Positions 56,435 to 64,000 of a DNA stretch of 64,000 nucleotides are shown piece by piece. The first letter of the stretch is position 1; the number at the start of each line of letters is the position of its first letter. The DNA is taken from positions 152,564 through 216,563 of IMG/VR virus record IMGVR_UViG_3300035670_000008. The stretch is one strand, 5' to 3'. Below the pieces are notes generated by a model. That model searched no databases, was not told the origin of the DNA, and saw nothing but the letters and a program-made list of their open reading frames with translations. A program made the position numbers and the translations under genes.

Positions 56435-56883
56435 AGGTCGGTTAGCTCCAAAATGGCTTTGGCTATAGCCCGTGCGGTTTCGGTGTCCATTCCTATTAAC
56501 TTCTCTTTGGGGCGGTTTGGCTCGGCGTAGTAAATAGTAATTCCTTCTACTCCAACGTCTTGCCAAGCGTTGGTGATGATATGGCTCCACCCACGTTTGT
56601 TATTCAGCTCGATAGAGTGGGTGACCGTGATGTTATCGTTAGATTGTGACATAGGTTTAGGTTGGGTTAGCGTAGATAAGTTGGCTGGTTGGTAGCTACT
56701 GACTCCTTGGGAGTACCAGATGTACTTGGCATCTATCCACTGGTCGCCCAACTTGTAGCTAACTTTACCTTCGTAGTAGTCGTAGTCTATGTCCTGGATA
56801 GTGGCTATCTTGACGTAGTTTAAGTCGTCGGGGATTTGGTAGCACACAACCTCCCCGACTTTATATACAGGTGTTAGTTTCAT
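56431..56883 (-). CDS. Hypothetical protein
   Basis: ATG at 56883 (MKLTPVYKVGEV) coupled to the upstream stop. Confidence 0.55.
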   Translation of the reverse strand: MKLTPVYKVGEVVCYQIPDDLNYVKIATIQDIDYDYYEGKVSYKLGDQWIDAKYIWYSQGVSSYQPANLSTLTQPKPMSQSNDNITVTHSIELNNKRGWSHIITNAWQDVGVEGITIYYAEPNRPKEKLIGMDTETARAIAKAILELTDL

Positions 56884-57092
56884 CTCTGTAGCTTCTGAAA
56901 GAGTTGCTTGAACTGGTCTGCAGTTAGAGTCAAAGGACTTATTGTCCCCTGTAGGTAAACGTTCCAAGTTTTGTCTAGGTTTCTTTTGGCACCGGCAAAC
57001 TTAAGCGCGTTGATAACACACACGACTTCGTTATCTTTGTCTGCTATAACAACCGGTACTACCAGCGGCTGGCTTTCTTCTATGGTAAACAT
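56880..57092 (-). CDS. Small hypothetical protein
   Basis: 70-aa ORF in a tightly packed array. Confidence 0.55.
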   Translation of the reverse strand: MFTIEESQPLVVPVVIADKDNEVVCVINALKFAGAKRNLDKTWNVYLQGTISPLTLTADQFKQLFQKLQR

Positions 57093-57317
57093 TTATGTCT
57101 CCTCGATAGCTACTAATACAGACGAGTTGAGCAGTTCGCACAGGGCCTCCAGCTCGTCATCCTGAGGGTTGGGGAAGGATTCAACCCACCATTCCCAATC
57201 AACGCTGGAGCGGTCGGCTTGGGCGTGGCGGAGCGCCGCTAACACAATAGCCACTTGGCGGTCGGTTAGCTGTGTAACCCAGGCTGTGTTGGAGATGGCG
57301 TTGATTTGGATTGGCAT
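57093..57317 (-). CDS. Small hypothetical protein
   Basis: 74-aa ORF abutting the next gene. Confidence 0.55.
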   Translation of the reverse strand: MPIQINAISNTAWVTQLTDRQVAIVLAALRHAQADRSSVDWEWWVESFPNPQDDELEALCELLNSSVLVAIEET

Positions 57318-57685
57318 GGTTGGTAGTGGTCAGTGAACACAACAGGACGTATCCATTCGACGTCGTTGGGTCGAAGGATAAAGTCTGGGTTCAATCCTAG
57401 CTTCTTAGCCATTGTTTTAGCATCGACAGTCAGCTGCTCGCTGTAGCTAAGGCTGTAGCCACTAATTTTGACGTGGGAGTACTGCGATTGAACGACTGCC
57501 TCTAATAACATCTTGGTCGTTCTGCCAGTGTTCCGCAGCAGATCTCTAATATCGCCGTACAGTATCTTTTCGGCTGCTTTAAGTGGGTTGGAGACATCTT
57601 GTATTTGTAGCTCCGCGTACTCGTCGAAAGGAAGTAACCCTAAACGCTCGCGGGCTTCGTCAAAGGTTAGAAGTTTACTATTCAT
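57266..57685 (-). CDS. Hypothetical protein
   Basis: ATG at 57685 (MNSKLLTF) overlapping the upstream stop; contains RNTGRTT. Confidence 0.55.
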   Translation of the reverse strand: MNSKLLTFDEARERLGLLPFDEYAELQIQDVSNPLKAAEKILYGDIRDLLRNTGRTTKMLLEAVVQSQYSHVKISGYSLSYSEQLTVDAKTMAKKLGLNPDFILRPNDVEWIRPVVFTDHYQPCQSKSTPSPTQPGLHS

Positions 57686-57938
57686 CGTTGTCTGACTCGT
57701 GGTAGGTAGGCCCGCTATCCGTGGCATCAAAGAATCTCTTAACGGCGTCTTCCATAAGTTCCGTCTTTGTGATTTCTATTTTTGGCATTACTTCAAATTC
57801 CAGCGCGGTCAGTATACAGGCTTCCGCTTCTTCCTGCAGCTCCGCTTGGTTTTCTTCTGTGTTAGAGAGATTACTTGGCATCAGGAACTTTAGGGTAACT
57901 GCGTGCTGGTATTTGTAGGCTTCTGCTAAAGGTTGCAT
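57678..57938 (-). CDS. Small hypothetical protein
   Basis: 86-aa ORF in the packed array. Confidence 0.55.
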   Translation of the reverse strand: MQPLAEAYKYQHAVTLKFLMPSNLSNTEENQAELQEEAEACILTALEFEVMPKIEITKTELMEDAVKRFFDATDSGPTYHESDNDE

Positions 57939-57942
57939 TGGT

Positions 57943-58173
57943 TTACTCCCGGTAGCCGTTAACGATTTCTAGGAATGCGTCGGCATCCCCACCTATTCTT
58001 TCCGAGTATAGAAGGTCTCCCCCCGTCGGTATGTAGATTTCTACTCCACATTCCGTTTTCTTGATAAAGGCGTGGAGCTCTTCCAAGGTCTTTAACTCAA
58101 TAACTTCCCCTTCGTTGGGTAGGTCAGGTTTTTTTGCAACACTTGTGTTTGTGTATTGGATTATGTACTTCAT
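57943..58173 (-). CDS. Small protein, paralog of 58178-58459
   Basis: MKYIIQYTN...LKTLEE...LEIVNGYRE. Confidence 0.7.
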   Translation of the reverse strand: MKYIIQYTNTSVAKKPDLPNEGEVIELKTLEELHAFIKKTECGVEIYIPTGGDLLYSERIGGDADAFLEIVNGYRE

Positions 58174-58177
58174 GCTG

Positions 58178-58459
58178 TTACTCTCGGTATCCATTGTAGA
58201 CTTCAATCCAAGGCATCGATTCCCATTCTTCGGGTAAGCGTATACGGTGGCAGTCTTCTAACTCTTCGTCTGTGTGTAGATCATAAAGTTCAGTCCAACT
58301 GGGTCGGTACCCTTCTTCGTGGAGAATGACTTCATCTCCTACCCTTTTGACTAGAGCTTGAAAATCTTCTGCGGTCTTTAAGTAAACCATGGAGCCCTCC
58401 GGCGGAAGGCCCTGCTTTCTAGCCTCGTAGTTGTTGCTGTAGGTAATTAGATATCTCAT
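58178..58459 (-). CDS. Small protein, paralog of 57943-58173
   Basis: MRYLITYSN...LKTAED...IEVYNGYRE; GAGG Shine-Dalgarno. Confidence 0.7.
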   Translation of the reverse strand: MRYLITYSNNYEARKQGLPPEGSMVYLKTAEDFQALVKRVGDEVILHEEGYRPSWTELYDLHTDEELEDCHRIRLPEEWESMPWIEVYNGYRE

Positions 58460-58519
58460 GCTACCTCTAAAAGTGAGTCCATGTTTTTTTACAGTCGGGG
58501 CAGTAGAGCCGTTGGGTAA

Positions 58520-59203
58520 TCACCAATTTTGGCTCTTTAAATAATCAGCTACTTCCACCTTGCGGCTGTCAGGTTGTTCTTCCCTGACTGCTCCGCAGCG
58601 GTCACACTTATCTTCTGTGTTGGGGTGTATGTAATTATGCTCACACTCACAATCCCAGTATTGAGAAGTAGTTTCGCACAGCGGGTAGAGGTTAGGTCTG
58701 TTGACTTTAACCCACTGTTCTAAAGCTGTAGCTCCTACTTTCATTAGGATTTCAACATCGTTGCCATTTAAGCTTTGACATACCGCGTGTTTGTAAAGCG
58801 GCTGCAACTCTTCCAAATGGACGTCTTCGCCTTTGATGAAGTAGTTTACTAAGTCTTTGCTTGTACCATCGTTCAGTAACTTTAGGATGTCGCTGTCTGT
58901 AGCGGCGTATTCCAACCAAAGGTTAATACTAATGTAAGTTACCTTTTGAAGGTCGGAGGTGAAACAAGTAGCCATTACATTTGGAACAGTCTTAGGCTGC
59001 AGCGGTGGCGCCGGTAGTTTTGTGTGTTTTACTAGGCTGTCTACCAACACAGTCAGTACTTCAACTGCCTGAGTCAAGTCCGACAGTTTGTCTTCAATCC
59101 GACGTCGGTTGGTATCGTCAACCCAACTATTTTCGTCCTGCGCGTGTCGAAGTCGCCTTAACTCTCTTTCGAGTATATCTATAGGGTCTTGTATGTGGTT
59201 CAT
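58520..59203 (-). CDS. Hypothetical protein with C-terminal Zn-ribbon-like motif
   Basis: YWDCEC..NYIH...KCDRCGA.REEQPDSR. Confidence 0.65.
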   Translation of the reverse strand: MNHIQDPIDILERELRRLRHAQDENSWVDDTNRRRIEDKLSDLTQAVEVLTVLVDSLVKHTKLPAPPLQPKTVPNVMATCFTSDLQKVTYISINLWLEYAATDSDILKLLNDGTSKDLVNYFIKGEDVHLEELQPLYKHAVCQSLNGNDVEILMKVGATALEQWVKVNRPNLYPLCETTSQYWDCECEHNYIHPNTEDKCDRCGAVREEQPDSRKVEVADYLKSQNW

Positions 59204-59204
59204 G

Positions 59205-59414
59205 TCAATCCTCGGAATAAACGATAGGTGGACGTAGTTCTAATTTGCGGATATGCCCGGTGATGCGCTTCGACGTAGGCCCTGTAGCTACAACGGTACC
59301 TGGGCTAATTCCAACCCAGAAAGCGTGGATGCTCCGCACTTCTTCCAGTGCTTCTTTGAGCGCAGGCTCTGGTAGATCTTCTAGCAACGCTAGGATTTGT
59401 TCTTTCACTGACAT
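59205..59414 (-). CDS. Small hypothetical protein
   Basis: 69-aa ORF in the packed array. Confidence 0.55.
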   Translation of the reverse strand: MSVKEQILALLEDLPEPALKEALEEVRSIHAFWVGISPGTVVATGPTSKRITGHIRKLELRPPIVYSED

Positions 59415-59788
59415 ACAGGTACCTGCTGATTCAGGAAGCAGTAGATAGCTTCCTCTAGGTACTCAATAAAGTCTTCGTCACCATCGGCTGTCCAGGGGTC
59501 AAGGACGTTAACTTCTAGGCCACAGATTAGACTTGCTGCTGCAGCTACGAAGTAGGTGTCTATCTTGGTGCTATCAGATTCTTCCACTATGACCTTTAAC
59601 GTTAGGCAAGTCAGGGTGGAGTCTTCAAACATTAGGTCAACGCTAAGGATGTCACCCCACCAGGGGCAGCTGTTGTTAAGCAGCTTGCTGATAGCTTCCC
59701 GGTGGGCGGCGACGGCGGTGTGGTCTTGGTCAATAGCAGCTACTTGAATAGCTTTCAAGCCAGCGGCCACTTTGGTATATAGCTTCAT
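59405..59788 (-). CDS. Hypothetical protein
   Basis: 127-aa ORF. Confidence 0.6.
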   Translation of the reverse strand: MKLYTKVAAGLKAIQVAAIDQDHTAVAAHREAISKLLNNSCPWWGDILSVDLMFEDSTLTCLTLKVIVEESDSTKIDTYFVAAAASLICGLEVNVLDPWTADGDEDFIEYLEEAIYCFLNQQVPVCQ

Positions 59789-59794
59789 TCTTAT

Positions 59795-60028
59795 CTAGAG
59801 CGTCCTTAAATCGAATTGTTGGGCTGGCTCGATTTTAACGTCTTCAAGCCCCAAGACGCGCCTAACAGCTTCTATTAGATAGTCTTCGTAATGCTCGGTT
59901 AACTTATCGTTGAGCTCCGAAGCAATCTGTTCAAACTGCTCGTCGGTGATTAGGCTGGGGTCGTAGTTAAACGATTTCAGCTCGTCGTCATCTAATAGGA
60001 TGACCTTGAATGACCGGAGTTCTTTCAT
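59795..60028 (-). CDS. Small acidic protein, paralog of 60025-60228
   Basis: LDDDEL...YDP..ITDEQFEQIA...YLIEAV. Confidence 0.7.
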   Translation of the reverse strand: MKELRSFKVILLDDDELKSFNYDPSLITDEQFEQIASELNDKLTEHYEDYLIEAVRRVLGLEDVKIEPAQQFDLRTL

Positions 60029-60228
60029 AGGCTTCGGGTTTCGACACTGGTGGCGTGGTCGACCGCTTCGATGATATATTCACCTAACACAGTGTCTAGC
60101 GCCTCGCTGATGTAGCGCGCAATTTCTTCAAACTGTGTGTCAGTGATAGCCCAAGGATTGTAGCCTAACATCAATAGGTCTTCGTCTTCTAAGTGGACGA
60201 TTGCTTTTGAACGAGGTGTAGTTGTCAT
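60025..60228 (-). CDS. Small acidic protein, paralog of 59795-60028
   Basis: LEDEDL...YNP..ITDTQFEEIA...YIIEAV. Confidence 0.7.
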   Translation of the reverse strand: MTTTPRSKAIVHLEDEDLLMLGYNPWAITDTQFEEIARYISEALDTVLGEYIIEAVDHATSVETRSL

Positions 60229-60230
60229 AG

Positions 60231-60512
60231 TTAGTATGCTGCTTTGATTTGCTGTAGTAGCTCGGCGCGGGTCATACGACCGTAGTACTTAATTTTAACT
60301 TCCCGAGCCTTGACGCGTAGCTGCCGGATTGTTAGTGAGTCCAACGCTACTGTTTCTTTTTTGGCTTTCGCTTTGCTTTTTTCAGTCGCTTCATTGGGTA
60401 CGCTGGTTCCCAGTTGTGGACTCCCAGCGAACGCGGCGGGTGCTTTGTAGTGCTCTAGGATAATACCAATCACTAGAGCATAGAGAAGAATAGATACGAT
60501 TAGTTCTTGCAT
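60231..60512 (-). CDS. Membrane-anchored protein with Rho N-terminal (HEH) domain
   Basis: N-terminal hydrophobic helix LIVSILLYALVIGIIL; C-terminal LDSLTIRQLRVKAREVKIKYYGRMTRAELLQQI. Confidence 0.7.
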   Translation of the reverse strand: MQELIVSILLYALVIGIILEHYKAPAAFAGSPQLGTSVPNEATEKSKAKAKKETVALDSLTIRQLRVKAREVKIKYYGRMTRAELLQQIKAAY

Positions 60513-60527
60513 ACTTAGTTAATAGTT

Positions 60528-60588
60528 AAAAAAAGAAAGGCTGGAGGTTGGGATTCCAGCCCATCGAAAGGAGGAGAACAACTGAACC
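60528..60588 (-). ncRNA. Candidate ~60-nt small RNA with anti-Shine-Dalgarno motif
   Basis: TATAAT at 60600-60595, then UCUCCUCCUUUC, then a terminator GGCUGGA-loop-UCCAGCC-UUUCUUUUUUU; no ORF. Confidence 0.45.
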
Positions 60589-60712
60589 GCCGATATTATA
60601 AGCCTCGGACGCGGGCCTGCTTTTCTGCTTGCCTTCCCTCTGCTTTTTTCAGTCGCTTCTTGGCCTACCTAGGCTAAATGTAGAGATAGGTTCTATATAA
60701 ATATTTATTTAG

Positions 60713-61705
60713 ATGTCTACAATCACTGCAGTCGCTAGCGACGGTATTAGCTTAATTCACTTAGAAGGCACTGGGGAAGGGACGGTTCAAAGTCCGTTTA
60801 AACCCAAACACACGCTGCCTGATGGCGCGGCTACGGCTGCTGGTCAGAATGACATTATCGCTCAACTAACTGACCTTAACGAAGCTCTGGGGGCTACCCT
60901 AACAGTTGACACTACGCTAGAGCCCCTTACTGATGCTCAACTCCGGGCACAGCCGGTTCCGGTCACAGGTACAGTTACCTTAGATTCTTCCAGTCTGACT
61001 GCTCTAGAAAACATTACTGTAACGGTCGGGGCAGCGGTTGAGATTAATAACGATGCTGGTAACCCTATCCCGGCTAGCGTGGCTACACTGCCGTTGCCGG
61101 ATGGTGCTGCTACCGCAGCTAACCAAGCTACTATCATTGGGCACATTGACGGTATTGAAACGCTGCTCGGTGGGACTTTAACAGTTTCTACTGGGCTGAC
61201 GCCTCTTACAGACGCACAGCTGCGGGCAGAGCCAGTTTCTGTTAGCGCTACGGTTGGACAGCTGCCGGCTTCCTTAGGACAAAAGGTTAAAGCTGAAAGC
61301 ACTTCAGTGGTGTTAGCTTCTGACAGCGACCTTAACTTAACCTTTGACTCTACAGCGTTTACGTTTAGAGATACGGGTCTATCCAATACAGCTGTTGCGA
61401 TTAAGTCCGCCGCTGGAGATATCTTAGGTTGGAATTTCATCAACCCCAATACTGTACCGGTCTATATCAAGTTCTATAACGTCGCCGCTGGCTCTGTAGT
61501 TGTAGGTACGACGGCTCCCTTTGCAGTTCTATTTGTGCCGAAAGGGGACGCTACATCCCCTGGAGTTGTATACGAAAAGGTGGATGTTACTTCTGCTGCT
61601 TATAAGCTAAGCACAGCAATCTCCGTAGCTGTGGTAACTGGGTTAGCTGATAACTCAACCACTGCACCAGCTACTGCTATTTATAGCGAGGTCTTCTACC
61701 GATGA
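60713..61705 (+). CDS. Ala/Thr-rich virion decoration or fibre-like protein
   Basis: Internal duplication LPDGAATAA.Q...PLTDAQLRA.PV.V; beta-rich C-terminal domain. Confidence 0.65.
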   Translation: MSTITAVASDGISLIHLEGTGEGTVQSPFKPKHTLPDGAATAAGQNDIIAQLTDLNEALGATLTVDTTLEPLTDAQLRAQPVPVTGTVTLDSSSLTALENITVTVGAAVEINNDAGNPIPASVATLPLPDGAATAANQATIIGHIDGIETLLGGTLTVSTGLTPLTDAQLRAEPVSVSATVGQLPASLGQKVKAESTSVVLASDSDLNLTFDSTAFTFRDTGLSNTAVAIKSAAGDILGWNFINPNTVPVYIKFYNVAAGSVVVGTTAPFAVLFVPKGDATSPGVVYEKVDVTSAAYKLSTAISVAVVTGLADNSTTAPATAIYSEVFYR

Positions 61706-62280
61706 ACGTAATTATCCAACCGACATCCTATAATTTACCCAACGGGGCACGAATAAACGGGGTGGAGCATATCTATCAAACTTCTAAGCCTACTACACGG
61801 GTAGATGGTAGTGCCTTGGTTGCTAGTGATAGATGGTGGAAGACTAATGATGGAACTGAGTGGTTTTGGAATGGGACATATTGGTTGAGTTCTTTTCGTT
61901 TTCGTACCTGGACAGGTAGACTATCTGCTTCTGCAACTGCGGCGGTAAGTCTGACAGCTGGTAGCACACTGCCCGCAGATTTTTTTGTGCATTCGATTTC
62001 ATTGAGCACTTCCGGTGTACACACCTTGACAGATCATTATACTTTTGAGTTTGGGTACGGAGCACTAGCAAGCCCCGCTAGTTACTTTTCTAACTCTTTA
62101 ATATCAACCGAGTCTTTTCCAAATACGGCAGAATATGTCATCGCTATAAACCAATTTAATGGTGGGATAGTGGGGAATGGACGCAATCACCAAACGATGA
62201 GATTTAATATTGTAAAAGTAGGAACCCCTAGCACCCTGCTGTATTCTGTCGAATACCTTTACTCTCATGTATTTCTATGA
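61702..62280 (+). CDS. Short tail-fibre-like protein
   Basis: DRWWKTNDGTEWFWNGTYWLS fibre-type motif; ATGA overlap; AT-richer than flanks. Confidence 0.55.
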   Translation: MNVIIQPTSYNLPNGARINGVEHIYQTSKPTTRVDGSALVASDRWWKTNDGTEWFWNGTYWLSSFRFRTWTGRLSASATAAVSLTAGSTLPADFFVHSISLSTSGVHTLTDHYTFEFGYGALASPASYFSNSLISTESFPNTAEYVIAINQFNGGIVGNGRNHQTMRFNIVKVGTPSTLLYSVEYLYSHVFL

Positions 62281-62747
62281 AACGTAACTCTACCATTCTC
62301 TACTTAACCTCCCCCGGTGCAACAACCCCCCTCCCCTGGGTAAGCAACTCTCCCGACTTCACCGACTTCACCGAACCAACCCTCTCAGTCCTCCAACAAT
62401 CCTGGCAAGACTTTCTTGACAGTGGAGAAGAGTTAGAAGTCATCCCCGATCCTGAGCCGATACCAGAACCTGTTGTCCCTAACTGGGATGGATTCAATGC
62501 TTATATGCTGACCGACATCACGTTTAAGAGTTATCGTGATACGGTGAGAGCAATTGACGGTGATTTGAATGCCGCATTGTTCAACGCTTATGCTTTGATT
62601 GAACGTAATGGGGTGGGTGCATTTACTCTCGTTTGGGGCCAGTGGGTACAGCTGTCTAGTATTACAACACAACACAAAAACACAATTGCCGCCGTAGCAG
62701 AATCTTTTAACCTACCTATTGAGTTTGTTAATTTAATTAGAGCTTAA
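62277..62747 (+). CDS. Putative fibre-associated or chaperone protein
   Basis: W..FL...PDPEPIPEP..PNWDGF...AESFNLP; ATGA overlap. Confidence 0.55.
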   Translation: MKRNSTILYLTSPGATTPLPWVSNSPDFTDFTEPTLSVLQQSWQDFLDSGEELEVIPDPEPIPEPVVPNWDGFNAYMLTDITFKSYRDTVRAIDGDLNAALFNAYALIERNGVGAFTLVWGQWVQLSSITTQHKNTIAAVAESFNLPIEFVNLIRA

Positions 62748-62750
62748 TAT

Positions 62751-62903
62751 ATGTCTTTTATTTACTCGCCGCCACCAACAATCCCGCCCCAAACCGAAGA
62801 AGTAGTATTTGTCGTAGCTACGGCAGATAACGACGCCGCGGTCAAAGCTGGTATCCCGGGTATCCTAGCAATGCCTTACACGCTACAGCAGCAACTCGAA
62901 TAG
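62751..62903 (+). CDS. Small ORF (50 aa), possibly a gene remnant
   Basis: MSFIYSPPPTIPPQTEEVVFVVATADN...; starts 3 nt after the previous stop and overlaps the convergent gene. Confidence 0.35.
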   Translation: MSFIYSPPPTIPPQTEEVVFVVATADNDAAVKAGIPGILAMPYTLQQQLE

Positions 62904-63344
62904 AATGACTCTTAAAGTAGTAAGGTCTTTCTCCGGCAGCTTAGAGACGGCTTCACGTACAGTAATAGATGAGTCTTCACCTTTACCTACCAACTCGTTT
63001 TTTATATCCGCCCATGCCCATGCCGTAGGTGGGAGTTGGTGCTTTAGTGCTTTACTAGCTAAAGTAATACTCCCAGCTTCGAGGTCTTTCTTCATTAGAA
63101 AAATGCACCAAGCTTCGACTAAAGTAGCCGCTTCGTCAAAGGTCATCATATTCAATGGAATGTTTAGGAACTTATCCAGCGGGGTGACCTTAAGTTCTTC
63201 CGCAGGCAGTGGTTCTTCTAGGGCTGCTTTTTCCTTGTTTCGTAGGTAGTTAACCACACCCGTCAGTGCCCCTAAGACGTCTGGGTCTTGGTTACACCAC
63301 AGGTGTTCGTGGATAGTGTTTAAGTCTGCTTTGTGTAGTTCCAT
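62883..63344 (-). CDS. Hypothetical protein
   Basis: 153-aa ORF. Confidence 0.6.
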   Translation of the reverse strand: MELHKADLNTIHEHLWCNQDPDVLGALTGVVNYLRNKEKAALEEPLPAEELKVTPLDKFLNIPLNMMTFDEAATLVEAWCIFLMKKDLEAGSITLASKALKHQLPPTAWAWADIKNELVGKGEDSSITVREAVSKLPEKDLTTLRVILFELLL

Positions 63345-63347
63345 GAG

Positions 63348-63671
63348 TTAATTCCAAGTGACTCCAAGCATTAACATAGGGTTGAATTTCTTTTCTGGTG
63401 CTAGCTTGTAGAGCCTAATGATTAGCTCCTCTAACGCCCAGGTAACGTCCGGTTCATCTACCATACGGTGTAGGCATAGGTCTTGCTAATGTACGTGGGC
63501 TAGTGTTAGCCCAATATGGGTGTAGCTGCATTTATGGCTTTCAGATGGGCCGTATACCTCTAGCTTTAAACTTTCAGCCGCTTCCCACATGGCTTCTTTA
63601 TTCATATCTTTGCTAAAGACTTCATTAATAGGCACTGCTACCATTAAGTAAGCTGTTGTGCTGTAGCTCAT
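63348..63671 (-). pseudogene. ORF interrupted by an in-frame TAG (63488-63486)
   Basis: After the TAG the frame stays open for 45 codons to TAA at 63350-63348, 3 nt before the next ATG. Confidence 0.55.
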
Positions 63672-64000
63672 TAATACCTCCGGTTGTATTGTCTTTCACG
63701 CCAGCAGTCAGACTGGAAGTCCGACTCGCGGTAGTAGGCGTCGGTGGGCTCCCCGTCTTCGTCCAGGTAACCTAGTTCTTTCAGCCGCGCCTGCTCGGTT
63801 TCGTAGGCAGCCACCTCCAGTAGCTTTTCTTCTTCAGGAGATAGCGGCTGCCATACATCGTCATCGATACCTAGCGGCGGGTCAGGCTCAGCAATAGCGT
63901 TGTAGAGTTCGTCCCAATGTTCATCGGCGAAGGTATACTTCAGCCCGCAGTTGCCGCAAACTTCTTCTTCATTTAGGACTATCCACTCGTCGTGTTTACA
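63671..64000 (-). CDS. Partial acidic protein with CxxC motif (5' end outside the window)
   Basis: Open frame CKHDEW...VCGNCG...RQYNRRY*, with TAATG coupling to the next gene. Confidence 0.6.
   Translation of the reverse strand, partial: CKHDEWIVLNEEEVCGNCGLKYTFADEHWDELYNAIAEPDPPLGIDDDVWQPLSPEEEKLLEVAAYETEQARLKELGYLDEDGEPTDAYYRESDFQSDCWRERQYNRRY

Noticed and set aside
1-64000. Genome-wide stop-codon reassignment
   Set aside because: Standard code 11 gives dense, full-length genes, and TAG, TAA and TGA all terminate well-supported genes.

Overview
This 64-kb window comes from a large contractile-tailed (myovirus-type, probably jumbo) dsDNA phage. The host is most likely a cyanobacterium, inferred from the tmRNA tag sequence, the tRNA style and a PBP-A-like domain. 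Positions 259-46641 (+) form a virion morphogenesis block: an enlarged tail sheath, tail tube, baseplate hub, spike-like genes, gp25- and J-like wedge proteins, a collagen-repeat fibre, terminase large subunit, and a 6943-aa tape-measure-like protein ending in six cell-wall-enzyme domains. Positions 46638-60512 (mostly -) form an accessory block with two standout systems. (1) A complete phage-encoded ubiquitin-like conjugation operon at 48754-53584: Ubl, E2, JAB, E2, E1. (2) A circularly permuted two-piece tmRNA at about 54722-55130 whose intervening segment consists of two tRNA genes. The block also holds RNase H, many small ORFs including tandem paralog pairs, and a candidate anti-Shine-Dalgarno sRNA. 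A short + strand structural-like cassette (60713-62903) and further small - strand ORFs, one with an in-frame amber codon, end the window. All assignments are from motif reading by eye; no database searches were run.
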